This document shows positions 31,799 to 40,334 of a stretch of DNA of 64,000 bases, piece by piece. The notes beneath the pieces were generated by a model. The model was not told the DNA's origin, did no database searches, and saw only the letters and a list, made by a program, of their open reading frames with translations. The position numbers and the translations under genes were made by a program. This DNA comes from Candidatus Pyrohabitans jungbluthii (GTDB lineage: Archaea > Hydrothermarchaeota > Hydrothermarchaeia > Hydrothermarchaeales > BMS3B). Numbering within the stretch: the stretch's first letter is position 1; each line of letters opens with the position of its first letter. The stretch is taken from assembly GCA_002010065.2 (NCBI GenBank), contig MTMD02000006.1, forward strand, positions 1-64,000, given 5' to 3'.

Positions 31799-31812
31799 AA
31801 TTAAAACCTCAG

Positions 31813-31838
31813 TAATACATTTGCCTTAAATTGTATTA
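31813..31838. promoter_or_regulatory. Putative NikR-type operator (TAATACA-N12-TGTATTA)
   Basis: Perfect 7-bp inverted repeat just upstream of the nickel permease start. Confidence 0.45.
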
Positions 31839-31954
31839 ATATGTAACATATATAGTTTATCTTTTCATCCTCAGTTAATATTAAACTGTTCATATTTTCA
31901 TAATGATAAGAGAGGGATGAAAAGAATTTTAAGCGAGACAGGAGATGCACATCC

Positions 31955-33505
31955 ATGCAGGAGGTCGCTTTTGAGGTCTCGGAGTTAATTTCACTGCTTC
32001 TCATAGCAAGCGTTGTCGCTGTTGCTGTGAAGTACATTCGCCTACCCTACACAATCGCCCTTGTGCTTGTTGGTTTACTTGTGGGCAGCCTGAGGATATT
32101 TCCTGAAATTCCGCTCAGTGAGGAGATAATCTTCTACCTCGTGCTCCCTCCGCTTCTCTTTGAGGGCGCAGTAAACATGGACCTTGCCCACCTGCGCAGG
32201 AATCTTAAACCAATCGCGGCGCTCGCGGTTGCTGGCGTTGTAATTTCAGTAGCTCTGGTGGGCTACCTTCTTCATCTGCTGCTTGAACTCCCTCTGCCTC
32301 TTGCCCTTCTTTTCGGTGCAATGATTACGCCCACCGACCCTGTGTCTGTGCTCGCCACCTTCAAATCCCTCGGCGTGCCCAAGAGGCTATCTACCATAGT
32401 TGAAGGGGAGAGCATATTCAACGACGGCACGGGCGTGGTTATCTTCGCTATAATTCTTGAAATGCTACGAAGCGGTGAGCTTGAGGTAGCGCAGGGTGTG
32501 GCGAAGTTCCTCTTAGTGTGCGCCGGTGGGGCTGCTGTGGGCTTTCTCTTGGGCTATACAGCCTACAAGGTGCTTGCCTACATCGACGACCACCTCATAG
32601 AGGTCACAATAACGCTTATACTTGCCTTCTCCAGCTTCATCATCGCTGAGCATTTCCACACCTCCGGCGTAATAGCGGTGGTCGCCTCGGGTTTGGTAAT
32701 CGGCAATTATGGCAGGCTCTTTTCCATGTCGCCCTCTACGAGGCTTGCGCTAATAACCTTCTGGGACTTTGCAGTTTTCATTGTAAACTCGCTAATCTTC
32801 CTGCTCATTGGCTTAGACATCCACCCCGAGAAGCTTCTCAGCTACGCGAGAGAGGTAATCATCACCATAGCCGTGGTGCTCGTTGCCAGAGCCTTGGCGG
32901 TGTATCCCCTCCTCAATATCCTTAACTTAAAGCTGAGGTCGAAAATTCCCCTGCTCTGGCAGCACGTTATTTTCTGGGGTGGACTACACGGCACCATACC
33001 TGTAGCTCTGGCTCTGGGTCTGGAGAAGGACTTTCCAATGCGCGAGTTTTTAGCAAGCCTGACCTTTGGGGTGGTGCTCTTCTCCCTTGTGTTTCAGGGT
33101 CTGAGCATCGAATTCTTTGTACGTCGCTCGTCACTGGTGAGAAAGCACGAGAAGCGCCTTGTGTACGAGGAAAAGCTTGCGCGAGCTATTGCAGTTAAGG
33201 CAGCACGCAAAGAGATTGAGAGCATGCTGGAGAAGGGAGAGATTTCACAGAAAATCGCTGAGGAGCTGATTTCTGAGCTCGAGGACGCTTCCAAGAAGCT
33301 TTCGAGGGAGATAGCTGCGCTTGTGGATGAAGATGGGATTATTCAAAAAGAGGAGCGCTTCGCTGCGCTTCGCCGCAGCCTTGAAGCCAAAAAGAGCGCC
33401 GTGCGCGACGCGGTTGTGCGCGGGCTAATAGGCGAGGAAGTTGGGAGGAGGGTTATCGAAGAGATAGATGCAGAGCTTGACCTTCTATACCAGAAGCGCG
33501 GTTAG
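31955..33505 (+). CDS. Na+/H+ antiporter, CPA1 (NhaP/NhaG-like)
   Basis: LPPLLFE, TPTDPVSV, EGESIFNDG, SGVIAVV. Confidence 0.92.
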   Translation: MQEVAFEVSELISLLLIASVVAVAVKYIRLPYTIALVLVGLLVGSLRIFPEIPLSEEIIFYLVLPPLLFEGAVNMDLAHLRRNLKPIAALAVAGVVISVALVGYLLHLLLELPLPLALLFGAMITPTDPVSVLATFKSLGVPKRLSTIVEGESIFNDGTGVVIFAIILEMLRSGELEVAQGVAKFLLVCAGGAAVGFLLGYTAYKVLAYIDDHLIEVTITLILAFSSFIIAEHFHTSGVIAVVASGLVIGNYGRLFSMSPSTRLALITFWDFAVFIVNSLIFLLIGLDIHPEKLLSYAREVIITIAVVLVARALAVYPLLNILNLKLRSKIPLLWQHVIFWGGLHGTIPVALALGLEKDFPMREFLASLTFGVVLFSLVFQGLSIEFFVRRSSLVRKHEKRLVYEEKLARAIAVKAARKEIESMLEKGEISQKIAEELISELEDASKKLSREIAALVDEDGIIQKEERFAALRRSLEAKKSAVRDAVVRGLIGEEVGRRVIEEIDAELDLLYQKRG

Positions 33506-33822
33506 GGGCAGACACAGGAGGTTAGCTCTTCTATGGTCTGCGCAAGAAGCTCATCGCCCTCATCGAGGATTTTTGTCACCTTCTTGTTCTTCAGGCTGTA
33601 GTAGATTTCCCTGCCCTCTTTTCTAGTGGCGACAACCCCACACTCCTTAAGCATGCGCAGATGCTGGGAAACTGTGCTCTGCTTCAGTCCCAGCCTTTCC
33701 ATGATGGAGGAGACATTAAGCTCGCCCTCGCGAAGCACCTCAAGAATCCTGAGTCTTGTAGGGTCAGCGAAAACCTTGAATGTTTTGGCTTTGAGCTCAA
33801 GCCAGGTTTCGTTTGCCTGCAT
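33502..33822 (-). CDS. ArsR/SmtB family regulator
   Basis: FKVFADPTRLRIL, QSTVSQHLRML, REIYYSL; C-terminal SCVCP. Confidence 0.92.
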   Translation of the reverse strand: MQANETWLELKAKTFKVFADPTRLRILEVLREGELNVSSIMERLGLKQSTVSQHLRMLKECGVVATRKEGREIYYSLKNKKVTKILDEGDELLAQTIEELTSCVCP

Positions 33823-33886
33823 GGGTAAAAATGGTTCAAAATTCAATAAATACTTTTCCTGTCAGATTATGATATTACGATAAATT

Positions 33887-34540
33887 ATGCACGCTCCTAC
33901 TTACGACGCTTGGTATGCTACCCCCTTCGGGATGTATTCGCTTGAGCAAGAGAAGAGGCTACTCTCAAAGCTTGCCAGCTCGCTCAAGGGAAAGTTAACA
34001 CTTGATGTGGGTTGCGGCACAGGTGTCTTCACATCATGGCTCAGCGTGAAGGGTGCTCACGCTATAGGCATAGACATCTCGCTGGAGATGCTAACCTTTG
34101 CAAAAAGAAAGCATCCTGGAATTGCCTTTATTCTTGCAGATGCTTGTAGTTTGCCCTTCAAGAGCGAGAGCTTTGATTTAGTGATTTCAGTAACCTCCCT
34201 GAACTTCATTGAAAATCCTGAAAAAGCTGCTGGCGAGGCGAAAAGGGTTTTGAAAGAGGAAGGCAAGCTAGTAGTCGGAGTTCTGAATTCTCTCAGCGTT
34301 TACGCCATTTTAAAAAGATTAAGAGGCTGCTTCAGCCGAAGCAGTTACAGAGACGCTCGTTTTTTTACCCCTGGTCAGCTTATGAAGCTCATTGACAGCA
34401 GAGATTACCTGAGTGCAGTTCATGCTCCAGAGTTCCTTCCAGCACCACTGCTGAGGCTCGCTGCTCGGCTTGAACCTATGCTTTCAGTGTTTTTAAAACC
34501 TTTTGGAGCTTTCATCGCATCGGCATGGGAGAAATTCTAG
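33887..34540 (+). CDS. Class I SAM-dependent methyltransferase
   Basis: LDVGCGTG, GIDIS, ADACSLPF..ESFD. Confidence 0.88.
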   Translation: MHAPTYDAWYATPFGMYSLEQEKRLLSKLASSLKGKLTLDVGCGTGVFTSWLSVKGAHAIGIDISLEMLTFAKRKHPGIAFILADACSLPFKSESFDLVISVTSLNFIENPEKAAGEAKRVLKEEGKLVVGVLNSLSVYAILKRLRGCFSRSSYRDARFFTPGQLMKLIDSRDYLSAVHAPEFLPAPLLRLAARLEPMLSVFLKPFGAFIASAWEKF

Positions 34541-34579
34541 GAAAAGTTTATATATCATCATATCATAATATATTGTAGG

Positions 34580-35008
34580 GTGAGAATGATGGCTGAAAAG
34601 AAAAAGGTGACTGTGCTGCTTTTCCACGATGAATTGTGCCAGGTTTTCAATGGTCTTATGACTGCGCTGAGCCTGCTACGCTCTGGCGCTGAGGTGACTG
34701 TTTTCTTCGGTTCCCGGGGGATAAATGTGGTGCACAAGGAGAAGATTCGCGAGCTAAAGTGCCTGCCAGACCAGCCAGAGGAGATTCAGAAGGCGGTGAT
34801 GGCAAAGATGGAGGAGCTCGCGCTCCCAACGCCTGAGGACATGCTCACTATGCTGGAGATGGAAGGTGCTCTGCTTCTCGCTTGCCCACTGAACAAAGAC
34901 ATCTTCGAGTTCAAAGACGAAGATTTCATTGAAGGGGTGGGCATTGCCGACCCGGATACCTTCTATACCGACGTGGTGATGGTTAGCGACTTTGTGCTCA
35001 GCTTCTAA
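34580..35008 (+). CDS. DsrE/DsrF-like sulfur relay protein
   Basis: VTVFFGSRG, LLAC motif; operon with thioredoxin and TusA. Confidence 0.7.
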   Translation: MRMMAEKKKVTVLLFHDELCQVFNGLMTALSLLRSGAEVTVFFGSRGINVVHKEKIRELKCLPDQPEEIQKAVMAKMEELALPTPEDMLTMLEMEGALLLACPLNKDIFEFKDEDFIEGVGIADPDTFYTDVVMVSDFVLSF

Positions 35009-35021
35009 CACGGGAGAAGAA

Positions 35022-35354
35022 ATGACAATCGCGAAGGTGAGCAGCGGGAATTTCGAAGAAGAGGTGCTTGCTTCGGAGCTACCTGTGCTTGTGGACTTCT
35101 ATGCTGAGTGGTGCCCTCCTTGCTTTGTTATTGCCAAGACGCTTGGTGAGCTGGCGGAGGAGTACAGAGGCAGGGTGAAGTTTGTCAAGGTGGACATCGA
35201 TGAGAACGAGAAGCTTGCTGCACGCTACGAGGTGTTTTCGGTGCCCACCCTTGCATTCTTCCACAAAGGTGAGCTTGTAGACGGTGTGGTAGGTGCCATA
35301 CCAAAGGAGGTACTGAAGAAGAAGCTGGATAACCTGCTTGATGGGAGAGGCTGA
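35022..35354 (+). CDS. trxA: Thioredoxin
   Basis: VDFYAEWCPPC, SVPTL. Confidence 0.93.
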   Translation: MTIAKVSSGNFEEEVLASELPVLVDFYAEWCPPCFVIAKTLGELAEEYRGRVKFVKVDIDENEKLAARYEVFSVPTLAFFHKGELVDGVVGAIPKEVLKKKLDNLLDGRG

Positions 35355-35409
35355 GAACACGCTTTTGACGAAAGAATTTTCTATGCAGAGGTAGGTATTT
35401 TAAAGGCAG

Positions 35410-35664
35410 GTGCCACACATGAAGGAGCTTGACCTCCGCGGAGAACCATGCCCTGTGCCTCTTATTAAGACGCTTAAGGCTTTGGAGAAGCTGGATGAAG
35501 GAGAGATACTCCGCGTGCTTGTAGACATGCCCTGCGCCAGAGAGAACGTGCCAAAGCACATGGCTGAAGAGGGGCATGAGGTTGAGGTCAAAGATGATGA
35601 AAAGGAGATGGAGATTATTATTCGCAAGCGGAATGGGGATAATAATTTGGAAAAAGGCTCCTAA
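35410..35664 (+). CDS. tusA: Sulfurtransferase TusA/SirA
   Basis: LDLRGEPCPVP motif. Confidence 0.9.
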   Translation: MPHMKELDLRGEPCPVPLIKTLKALEKLDEGEILRVLVDMPCARENVPKHMAEEGHEVEVKDDEKEMEIIIRKRNGDNNLEKGS

Positions 35665-35697
35665 ATTATAATAGAATAAGGAAATTTTGAGGTAGTT

Positions 35698-36183
35698 TCA
35701 TCTGTAAATCTGTCCTTCTGATTCTTCCCTCCCCATTAGCTGTGCAACCCTCCACACTATGTAGAGCTTGCACTTGAATATCTCCCTTAGGGCGTTTATG
35801 AGCGCGCTTCTGTTAACATCTTCCACATAAAGAGCCTTTGTAAATTCCACACCCTTAAGCTCCTGAGCGCTTGGCACCATCCTGAACTCCGCGTCGCGGA
35901 ACAGGAGGTCGAATCTCCACTGCCAGAGAAGTGCATTCTTCTCCGCTTTTGGTAGCGAGTGCAAAGCCTTATAGTGCTCCTCCGCCAGCTGGATACTGCT
36001 CCCCACAATGATGTAGTCCCTATCCTTGGGTTTTATCACTTCACTTATGTACTTCGAACCCCTCGGGAACTGAGCAAGAAAGTGAAACTCAGCCTTCTCA
36101 TTTTCCACCTCATCTTTAAGTATGCCCTCTTTCTCCAGCCAGCCCTTTACCTTTTCTGCCAGTTCATTCTTGTTTTCTCCCAT
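35698..36183 (-). CDS. DUF2299-like archaeal protein
   Basis: VKGWLEKEG...AEFHF...IKPK pattern; last host gene before att site. Confidence 0.65.
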   Translation of the reverse strand: MGENKNELAEKVKGWLEKEGILKDEVENEKAEFHFLAQFPRGSKYISEVIKPKDRDYIIVGSSIQLAEEHYKALHSLPKAEKNALLWQWRFDLLFRDAEFRMVPSAQELKGVEFTKALYVEDVNRSALINALREIFKCKLYIVWRVAQLMGREESEGQIYR

Positions 36184-36253
36184 GATTATCACCTTGGGTA
36201 GAATAGACAGGGAGGGTATTTATACCTTTCATCCACGATGGTTAGTGGGAATC

Positions 36254-36269
36254 AAAAAAAAAACAAAAA
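36254..36269 (-). terminator. Oligo-T terminator of the original tRNA locus
   Basis: TTTTTGTTTTTTTTTT on the minus strand just downstream of the tRNA 3'-end fragment. Confidence 0.55.
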
Positions 36270-36303
36270 TGTTTGCAACAAAAGGCCGAGTTTTAGGAAA
36301 AGA

Positions 36304-36322
36304 GGGCCACGGCCGAGATTTG
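36304..36322 (-). other. Provirus attachment site: duplicated tRNA 3' end (His-type)
   Basis: Minus strand CAAATCTCGGCCGTGGCCC = end of T-loop, T-stem, acceptor strand CCGTGGC and C73 discriminator; no tRNA 5' half; located at host/virus boundary. Confidence 0.75.
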
Positions 36323-36465
36323 GCAGCATGTGCATCGTCAGCGTCCTTTCCAAGAGTGCAAACATTTGCGCAACAGGACACTTCACTTTTTCGCCGCTCT
36401 CGGGTTAGGTCTTTTTGTGTGGAATACTCCATATATCCTACCTTTGGACACTTGGGGGAATCGAG

Positions 36466-36822
36466 ATGCTTGCGAAGTTTGTTGATCGGGAAGGACATGA
36501 GCGCTGGGTGGATGTGCGCATCAAAGATTGCGTGGAAGTCAAAGAAGGGCAGCGAAAGGTAGTCTTCATCCACGAGCTGAAGTCTGCCACCGTCGAAGAA
36601 GTCGCAAACCCTGCAAAGCTGGAAGGTTGGCTCAGCATTGCCAAGCTCGAACTTGATGCCACTCTGTCGCGTGAGGGAAAGGCAAACTGGACCAGCATGG
36701 CTTACGAGCTGAAGTGGACGCTCGGGCTGAAAAGCAAAGAAGAGGCTGAGGACATTCTCAGGCAGCTCTGCGAAGTCACCGGGGAGTACATCGTGCGCGA
36801 TGGCTGGATCGTCAGGGTGTGA
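36466..36822 (+). CDS. Viral hypothetical protein (possible C-terminal wHTH)
   Basis: GGGGG RBS; clean ORF next to att. Confidence 0.6.
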   Translation: MLAKFVDREGHERWVDVRIKDCVEVKEGQRKVVFIHELKSATVEEVANPAKLEGWLSIAKLELDATLSREGKANWTSMAYELKWTLGLKSKEEAEDILRQLCEVTGEYIVRDGWIVRV

Positions 36823-36833
36823 GCTTATTTTTT

Positions 36834-37391
36834 CTACCTCCAACTTATTATTACTCCATCGTCTGCGCTATGACCCAACAACTCCCCGTAGCTCTTCAGC
36901 CTCGCCTCAAATGTTACCATGGCACCTTTGGGAATCTCCAGAGCCTTTTCCTTCTGGTCAGATCTAAGTTTAACACTCATATCTGACGTGAAAGTGTCTG
37001 GCTTGCATCTCAATGACATCATTAGAGACTCTGACACATCCACTAGTTCGCAGGTCCACCTGACATACTTCCCTTTATATTTCTCAAATTCTACCTTCTT
37101 CTGGGCATCCGTCAGAGAGCCTTCCATTCCAAAGAGGGAATCAAACTCATAGAAGCTTATATCTATGTACTCTTTTGGAGGAGGCGTTGCTGCAGATCCT
37201 GTTGATGTAGAGCCTTCTTCGCCGCCTCCGAACAATGCTGCTACGAACATCAAGCCAAAGAGCACTATGAAAGCTTTCGTCACAATGTGCCTTCTCCCCC
37301 ACCAGCTGCGGTTATCATGCCCGCAGTGAGGGCACTCTTTGGCTTTTGAAGATATCTCCGCTCCACATTCTTTGCATTTTACCAGCCCCAA
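36834..37391 (-). CDS. Zn-ribbon + TM + extracellular OB-fold protein
   Basis: CKECGAEISSKAKECPHCG, single TM, KYKGKYVRW...VTFEARL OB-like domain. Confidence 0.75.
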   Translation of the reverse strand: MGLVKCKECGAEISSKAKECPHCGHDNRSWWGRRHIVTKAFIVLFGLMFVAALFGGGEEGSTSTGSAATPPPKEYIDISFYEFDSLFGMEGSLTDAQKKVEFEKYKGKYVRWTCELVDVSESLMMSLRCKPDTFTSDMSVKLRSDQKEKALEIPKGAMVTFEARLKSYGELLGHSADDGVIISWR

Positions 37392-37434
37392 TTTCTCAAA
37401 CCCCCTATATTCTCTAATAAATTCCTTAATTTTA

Positions 37435-37617
37435 TTACTCCCTCACCCCCTCTTTTTTGTACGTGGTTTTTAGTTCCTGTTCCTTAAGCCACTCGATTAG
37501 AGCGGTCCGGACGACATCTGCTTTAGTAGGATACTTCCCTTTATCAACCAACTTCTGGACTTTTTCGTATGTCTCTTCTGAAACACCAATCTTTATGAAA
37601 TATGTTTTCTGCGGCAT
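37435..37617 (-). CDS. Ribbon-helix-helix (CopG-like) repressor candidate
   Basis: IKIGVSEETYEKVQKLVDKGKYPTKADVVRTAL. Confidence 0.85.
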   Translation of the reverse strand: MPQKTYFIKIGVSEETYEKVQKLVDKGKYPTKADVVRTALIEWLKEQELKTTYKKEGVRE

Positions 37618-37634
37618 TTTTTCACGCCCTTATT

Positions 37635-37856
37635 AGTAACTAAAAGGTTACTTATAAAGTTAACGTCACGGTTCCCGATTTTCTAAATATTTTTGCACAG
37701 TCCCGGAATCTCAAAAGTTAGAATTTCAAAGCCGCGAAATCTGGTTCGAATTATTCCCCATATACTACACTTTTTTGGAACTTAGTTAGAACTTCAAACC
37801 GTAAAGTATTTATACCATTCCCGTATTAGGAACTTATCAGGAACTTTATTAGAACT
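37635..37856. promoter_or_regulatory. Divergent switch promoter region with operators
   Basis: AGTAAC-N6-GTTACT at 37635-37652; RGAACT repeats at 37777, 37788, 37829, 37840, 37851 flanking TTTATA box at about 37809. Confidence 0.75.
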
Positions 37857-37871
37857 ACTGGAGGAGAAAGT

Positions 37872-38093
37872 ATGGCAGAGCGTGAGATTGTGAAACTGAC
37901 TCTCTCGAAGGGCTTTGCAAAAGCCGTTGACGCGCTCGTAGAAAAAGGGGACTATAAGTCCCGGCCGGACTTCTTCGAGAAGGCTGGGCATCTCCTTCTT
38001 GAGAAGCATGGCATGCTCGTACAGTCCGCTCAACCACCGCGCCACATCAGCGACGCCACCGGCAACAGGGTGCAGAAAGTGGAGGTGGACTGA
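37872..38093 (+). CDS. Ribbon-helix-helix protein (Cro-like role)
   Basis: VKLTLSKGFAKAVDALVEKGDYKSRPDFFEKA; first gene of rightward operon. Confidence 0.8.
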   Translation: MAEREIVKLTLSKGFAKAVDALVEKGDYKSRPDFFEKAGHLLLEKHGMLVQSAQPPRHISDATGNRVQKVEVD

Positions 38094-38096
38094 GCC

Positions 38097-38357
38097 ATGC
38101 CTGAGATTCTTGCCATCATCGATACAGGGGAAGAAATAGTTCCGGGACTCACACTGAAGCGTTGGGAGCACCTCTGCTACCTCACCAAGGACGAGATTTT
38201 CGAGCTCGGGAGGCGCGGTCTACGCGAGCTTTTCAAGAAGCTCGGCAAGCAGCATCCAGAGGCGAAGTGGCTGAAGCTGAAGATGCGCGGCATTCGAAGA
38301 CACTATGGTTTGCACGAGTTCGACCCCTGGCTGAATCCATACCGGAGGGACAGGTGA
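38097..38357 (+). CDS. Viral hypothetical protein
   Basis: GGAGGTGG RBS; tightly packed operon. Confidence 0.65.
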   Translation: MPEILAIIDTGEEIVPGLTLKRWEHLCYLTKDEIFELGRRGLRELFKKLGKQHPEAKWLKLKMRGIRRHYGLHEFDPWLNPYRRDR

Positions 38358-38487
38358 TGGCGCTGGAGCAGGTTCTCAGGCTCAGACTGAGCAGGGAGCA
38401 GGTCCAGAAGCTCACCAAGGGGCACAAGATCACCGAGATTCTGCCGAGCGGCGAGGTGCTGGAGATCACCGCGGAGGTGAGTGACAA

Positions 38488-38808
38488 TTGAACGAGGACG
38501 AGCTCTTCCGCAGGGTTGTGCGCGTGTTTTTGGAGAAGCATGGTGACGAGGTCAGGCGCGCGGTGAAGGGTGACTTGCTCCTCGAGGCAGGACTCAAGCG
38601 TCTCGAAGAAATCGCGGGCATCACTCACCATGGCAGCCCTAAAGTCTCTTTTTCTGGAGCTTTGCAGGCTCGGGCTGCCCATCCCCCCAAACCCCTCCCC
38701 ACTACCTCCGTGGGCGCTGGAGGTACCCCCCACGCCGACTTCGCTGTACGAGGCTTCTCGCCCTCTGGCGCCCACTCTTTTTTCTGCCAGGAGGTGAGTG
38801 AGCATTGA
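38488..38808 (+). CDS. Viral hypothetical protein
   Basis: TTG start after GGAGGTGA; Pro-rich C-terminus. Confidence 0.5.
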   Translation: MNEDELFRRVVRVFLEKHGDEVRRAVKGDLLLEAGLKRLEEIAGITHHGSPKVSFSGALQARAAHPPKPLPTTSVGAGGTPHADFAVRGFSPSGAHSFFCQEVSEH

Positions 38809-39500
38809 ACCTCAATGCTGCTGATGCGGGTGTTGGGGCGGGCTCCATCTCCCACATCGCCTCCTCTATACCCAGCGCCCCCACCCCCTCTCTCAAATTT
38901 AAAACGTGGAAAGACACCACTTGGTATTATACCCAGGTCCCTGACTGGCTTCTTGAGGATGCGCATAAGTACGCCCTGGAGAGGCGGGAGTTCAAGCGTT
39001 CCAGCACCGACAACGTGCCGATATTTCAGACCGATCCCGTTGAGAATGAAAAGGTAGGTATCATAGGCGAGCTCGTCTGCGGCTTCCTCTTCGCCAGGAA
39101 CATCAACATCAGGCTAATCGATAGGCCTACTGATATGATTGATGGTGGCGACGGCGGTGCAGACTTCTATCTGCAGCGCTCCGACGACGAAGACAACCTA
39201 GCTAAGATAGACGTGAAAACAGTAGCCAGGACAGTTGTCCCAAAGCCTCACTACAGCTGCGTGGTTGCACACAAGCAGCTCATCAGAAAGAGCGGCGAAG
39301 AAATCCTGGTTTTTGTCAGCTACACCAAGCCCTCGAGGCTCGCCTTTGTTCTCGGCTGGCTTACTGTTGCAGAATTCAATGAGAAAGCACGGTACAGGAG
39401 GAAGGGCTACCGCTACAACAGCTTTGTAGCTCCAACAGCGTTCCACGAGGTCTACGTGAGGGAGCTCAGGCCAATTTCTGAACTCCTCGAGTGGAGGTGA
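38805..39500 (+). CDS. PD-(D/E)XK-like nuclease-fold protein
   Basis: GIIGE helix, DGGADF, IDVKT motif spacing. Confidence 0.6.
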   Translation: MNLNAADAGVGAGSISHIASSIPSAPTPSLKFKTWKDTTWYYTQVPDWLLEDAHKYALERREFKRSSTDNVPIFQTDPVENEKVGIIGELVCGFLFARNINIRLIDRPTDMIDGGDGGADFYLQRSDDEDNLAKIDVKTVARTVVPKPHYSCVVAHKQLIRKSGEEILVFVSYTKPSRLAFVLGWLTVAEFNEKARYRRKGYRYNSFVAPTAFHEVYVRELRPISELLEWR

Positions 39501-39769
39501 GAAGGTTGGAGGAAGAAGCAAAGTATGATCTGCAGCTGGCTTTTCTGGAGAAGTTCAATCAGGAGCTCAGAGCAGCCGCCCAAATCGTAGCAGACAGGAT
39601 GCCCACGCATGGCATCCCTGAAAAAGACTTCGAATATCACACTGACTGGGCTAGGTTGAAAATCAAGCGGGCGAGGACGCTTCAGACCAGGAACAAGGAG
39701 AAAATCATCGACGACCTGCGCGATGCGATCAATTACTGCGTCTTTGCGATTCTCTCCCTGGAGGAATGA
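39491..39769 (+). CDS. DUF1599/Nmad1-like (nucleotide-modification-associated) protein
   Basis: KIKRA...EKIIDDLRDAINYCVFAI matches DUF1599 C-terminal signature. Confidence 0.6.
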   Translation: MEVRRLEEEAKYDLQLAFLEKFNQELRAAAQIVADRMPTHGIPEKDFEYHTDWARLKIKRARTLQTRNKEKIIDDLRDAINYCVFAILSLEE

Positions 39770-39772
39770 GGG

Positions 39773-40213
39773 ATGGAGGAAAAGACCCAATACGACCCAT
39801 CATCCCGTAGCTTCGACGACGCCCCTTCAACTGCAGCGCTTGAGGCGGAGATAGTTCCGCAATTGCTCAGCCTGCCCAAGCAGATTCGGGAGAAAATGCT
39901 CGATATCCTGCTCATGCAAAGCAGGATCAACGAGACAGAGTTCGAACTCAAACAATGGGAAGCGGAGCAAATCCAGGACATTGCCACAGCGGTTGACGAG
40001 AATGGCAGAAAGCTCTTCAGCAACGAGAAGCTGCGGCAGGCAGAACTCGAGCGCAGGAAGGCTGAGGATCAGAGGTACAAGCAGCTCAGCGAAGCGCTGC
40101 AGGAGTATAAAGAGCAACAAGAGAAGGACAGGATAGAGCTCGAGTACCTGCGCTATCAATTCCGTGCTTTAGAAATCTATACGCGATTTCTTGAAGCGAC
40201 GAGGGGGCTGTAG
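39773..40213 (+). CDS. Viral coiled-coil protein
   Basis: FSNEKLRQAEL, heptad-rich E/K/Q composition. Confidence 0.65.
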   Translation: MEEKTQYDPSSRSFDDAPSTAALEAEIVPQLLSLPKQIREKMLDILLMQSRINETEFELKQWEAEQIQDIATAVDENGRKLFSNEKLRQAELERRKAEDQRYKQLSEALQEYKEQQEKDRIELEYLRYQFRALEIYTRFLEATRGL

Positions 40214-40217
40214 CCAG

Positions 40218-40334
40218 ATGAAGCTGGAGAAAGACCCGTTTGCTGGAATACCAGTCACAGAAGACGAAATTTGCGAATATTTCATGAAAAAATATTATCC
40301 ACTTGAAAAGAAAGCCATGGAGGGAAAGAAATGA
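40218..40334 (+). CDS. Small viral protein (38 aa)
   Basis: MKLEKDPFAGIPVTEDEICEYFMKKYYPLEKKAMEGKK; ATGA overlap with next gene. Confidence 0.5.
   Translation: MKLEKDPFAGIPVTEDEICEYFMKKYYPLEKKAMEGKK

Noticed and set aside
36304-36322. Functional tRNA gene
   Set aside because: Only the 3' 19 nt are present; no D-arm or anticodon arm upstream, so treated as an att core
36229-36843. Integrase at the left provirus end (204-aa minus-strand ORF)
   Set aside because: No tyrosine or serine recombinase motifs; antisense to 36466-36822 and crosses the att site
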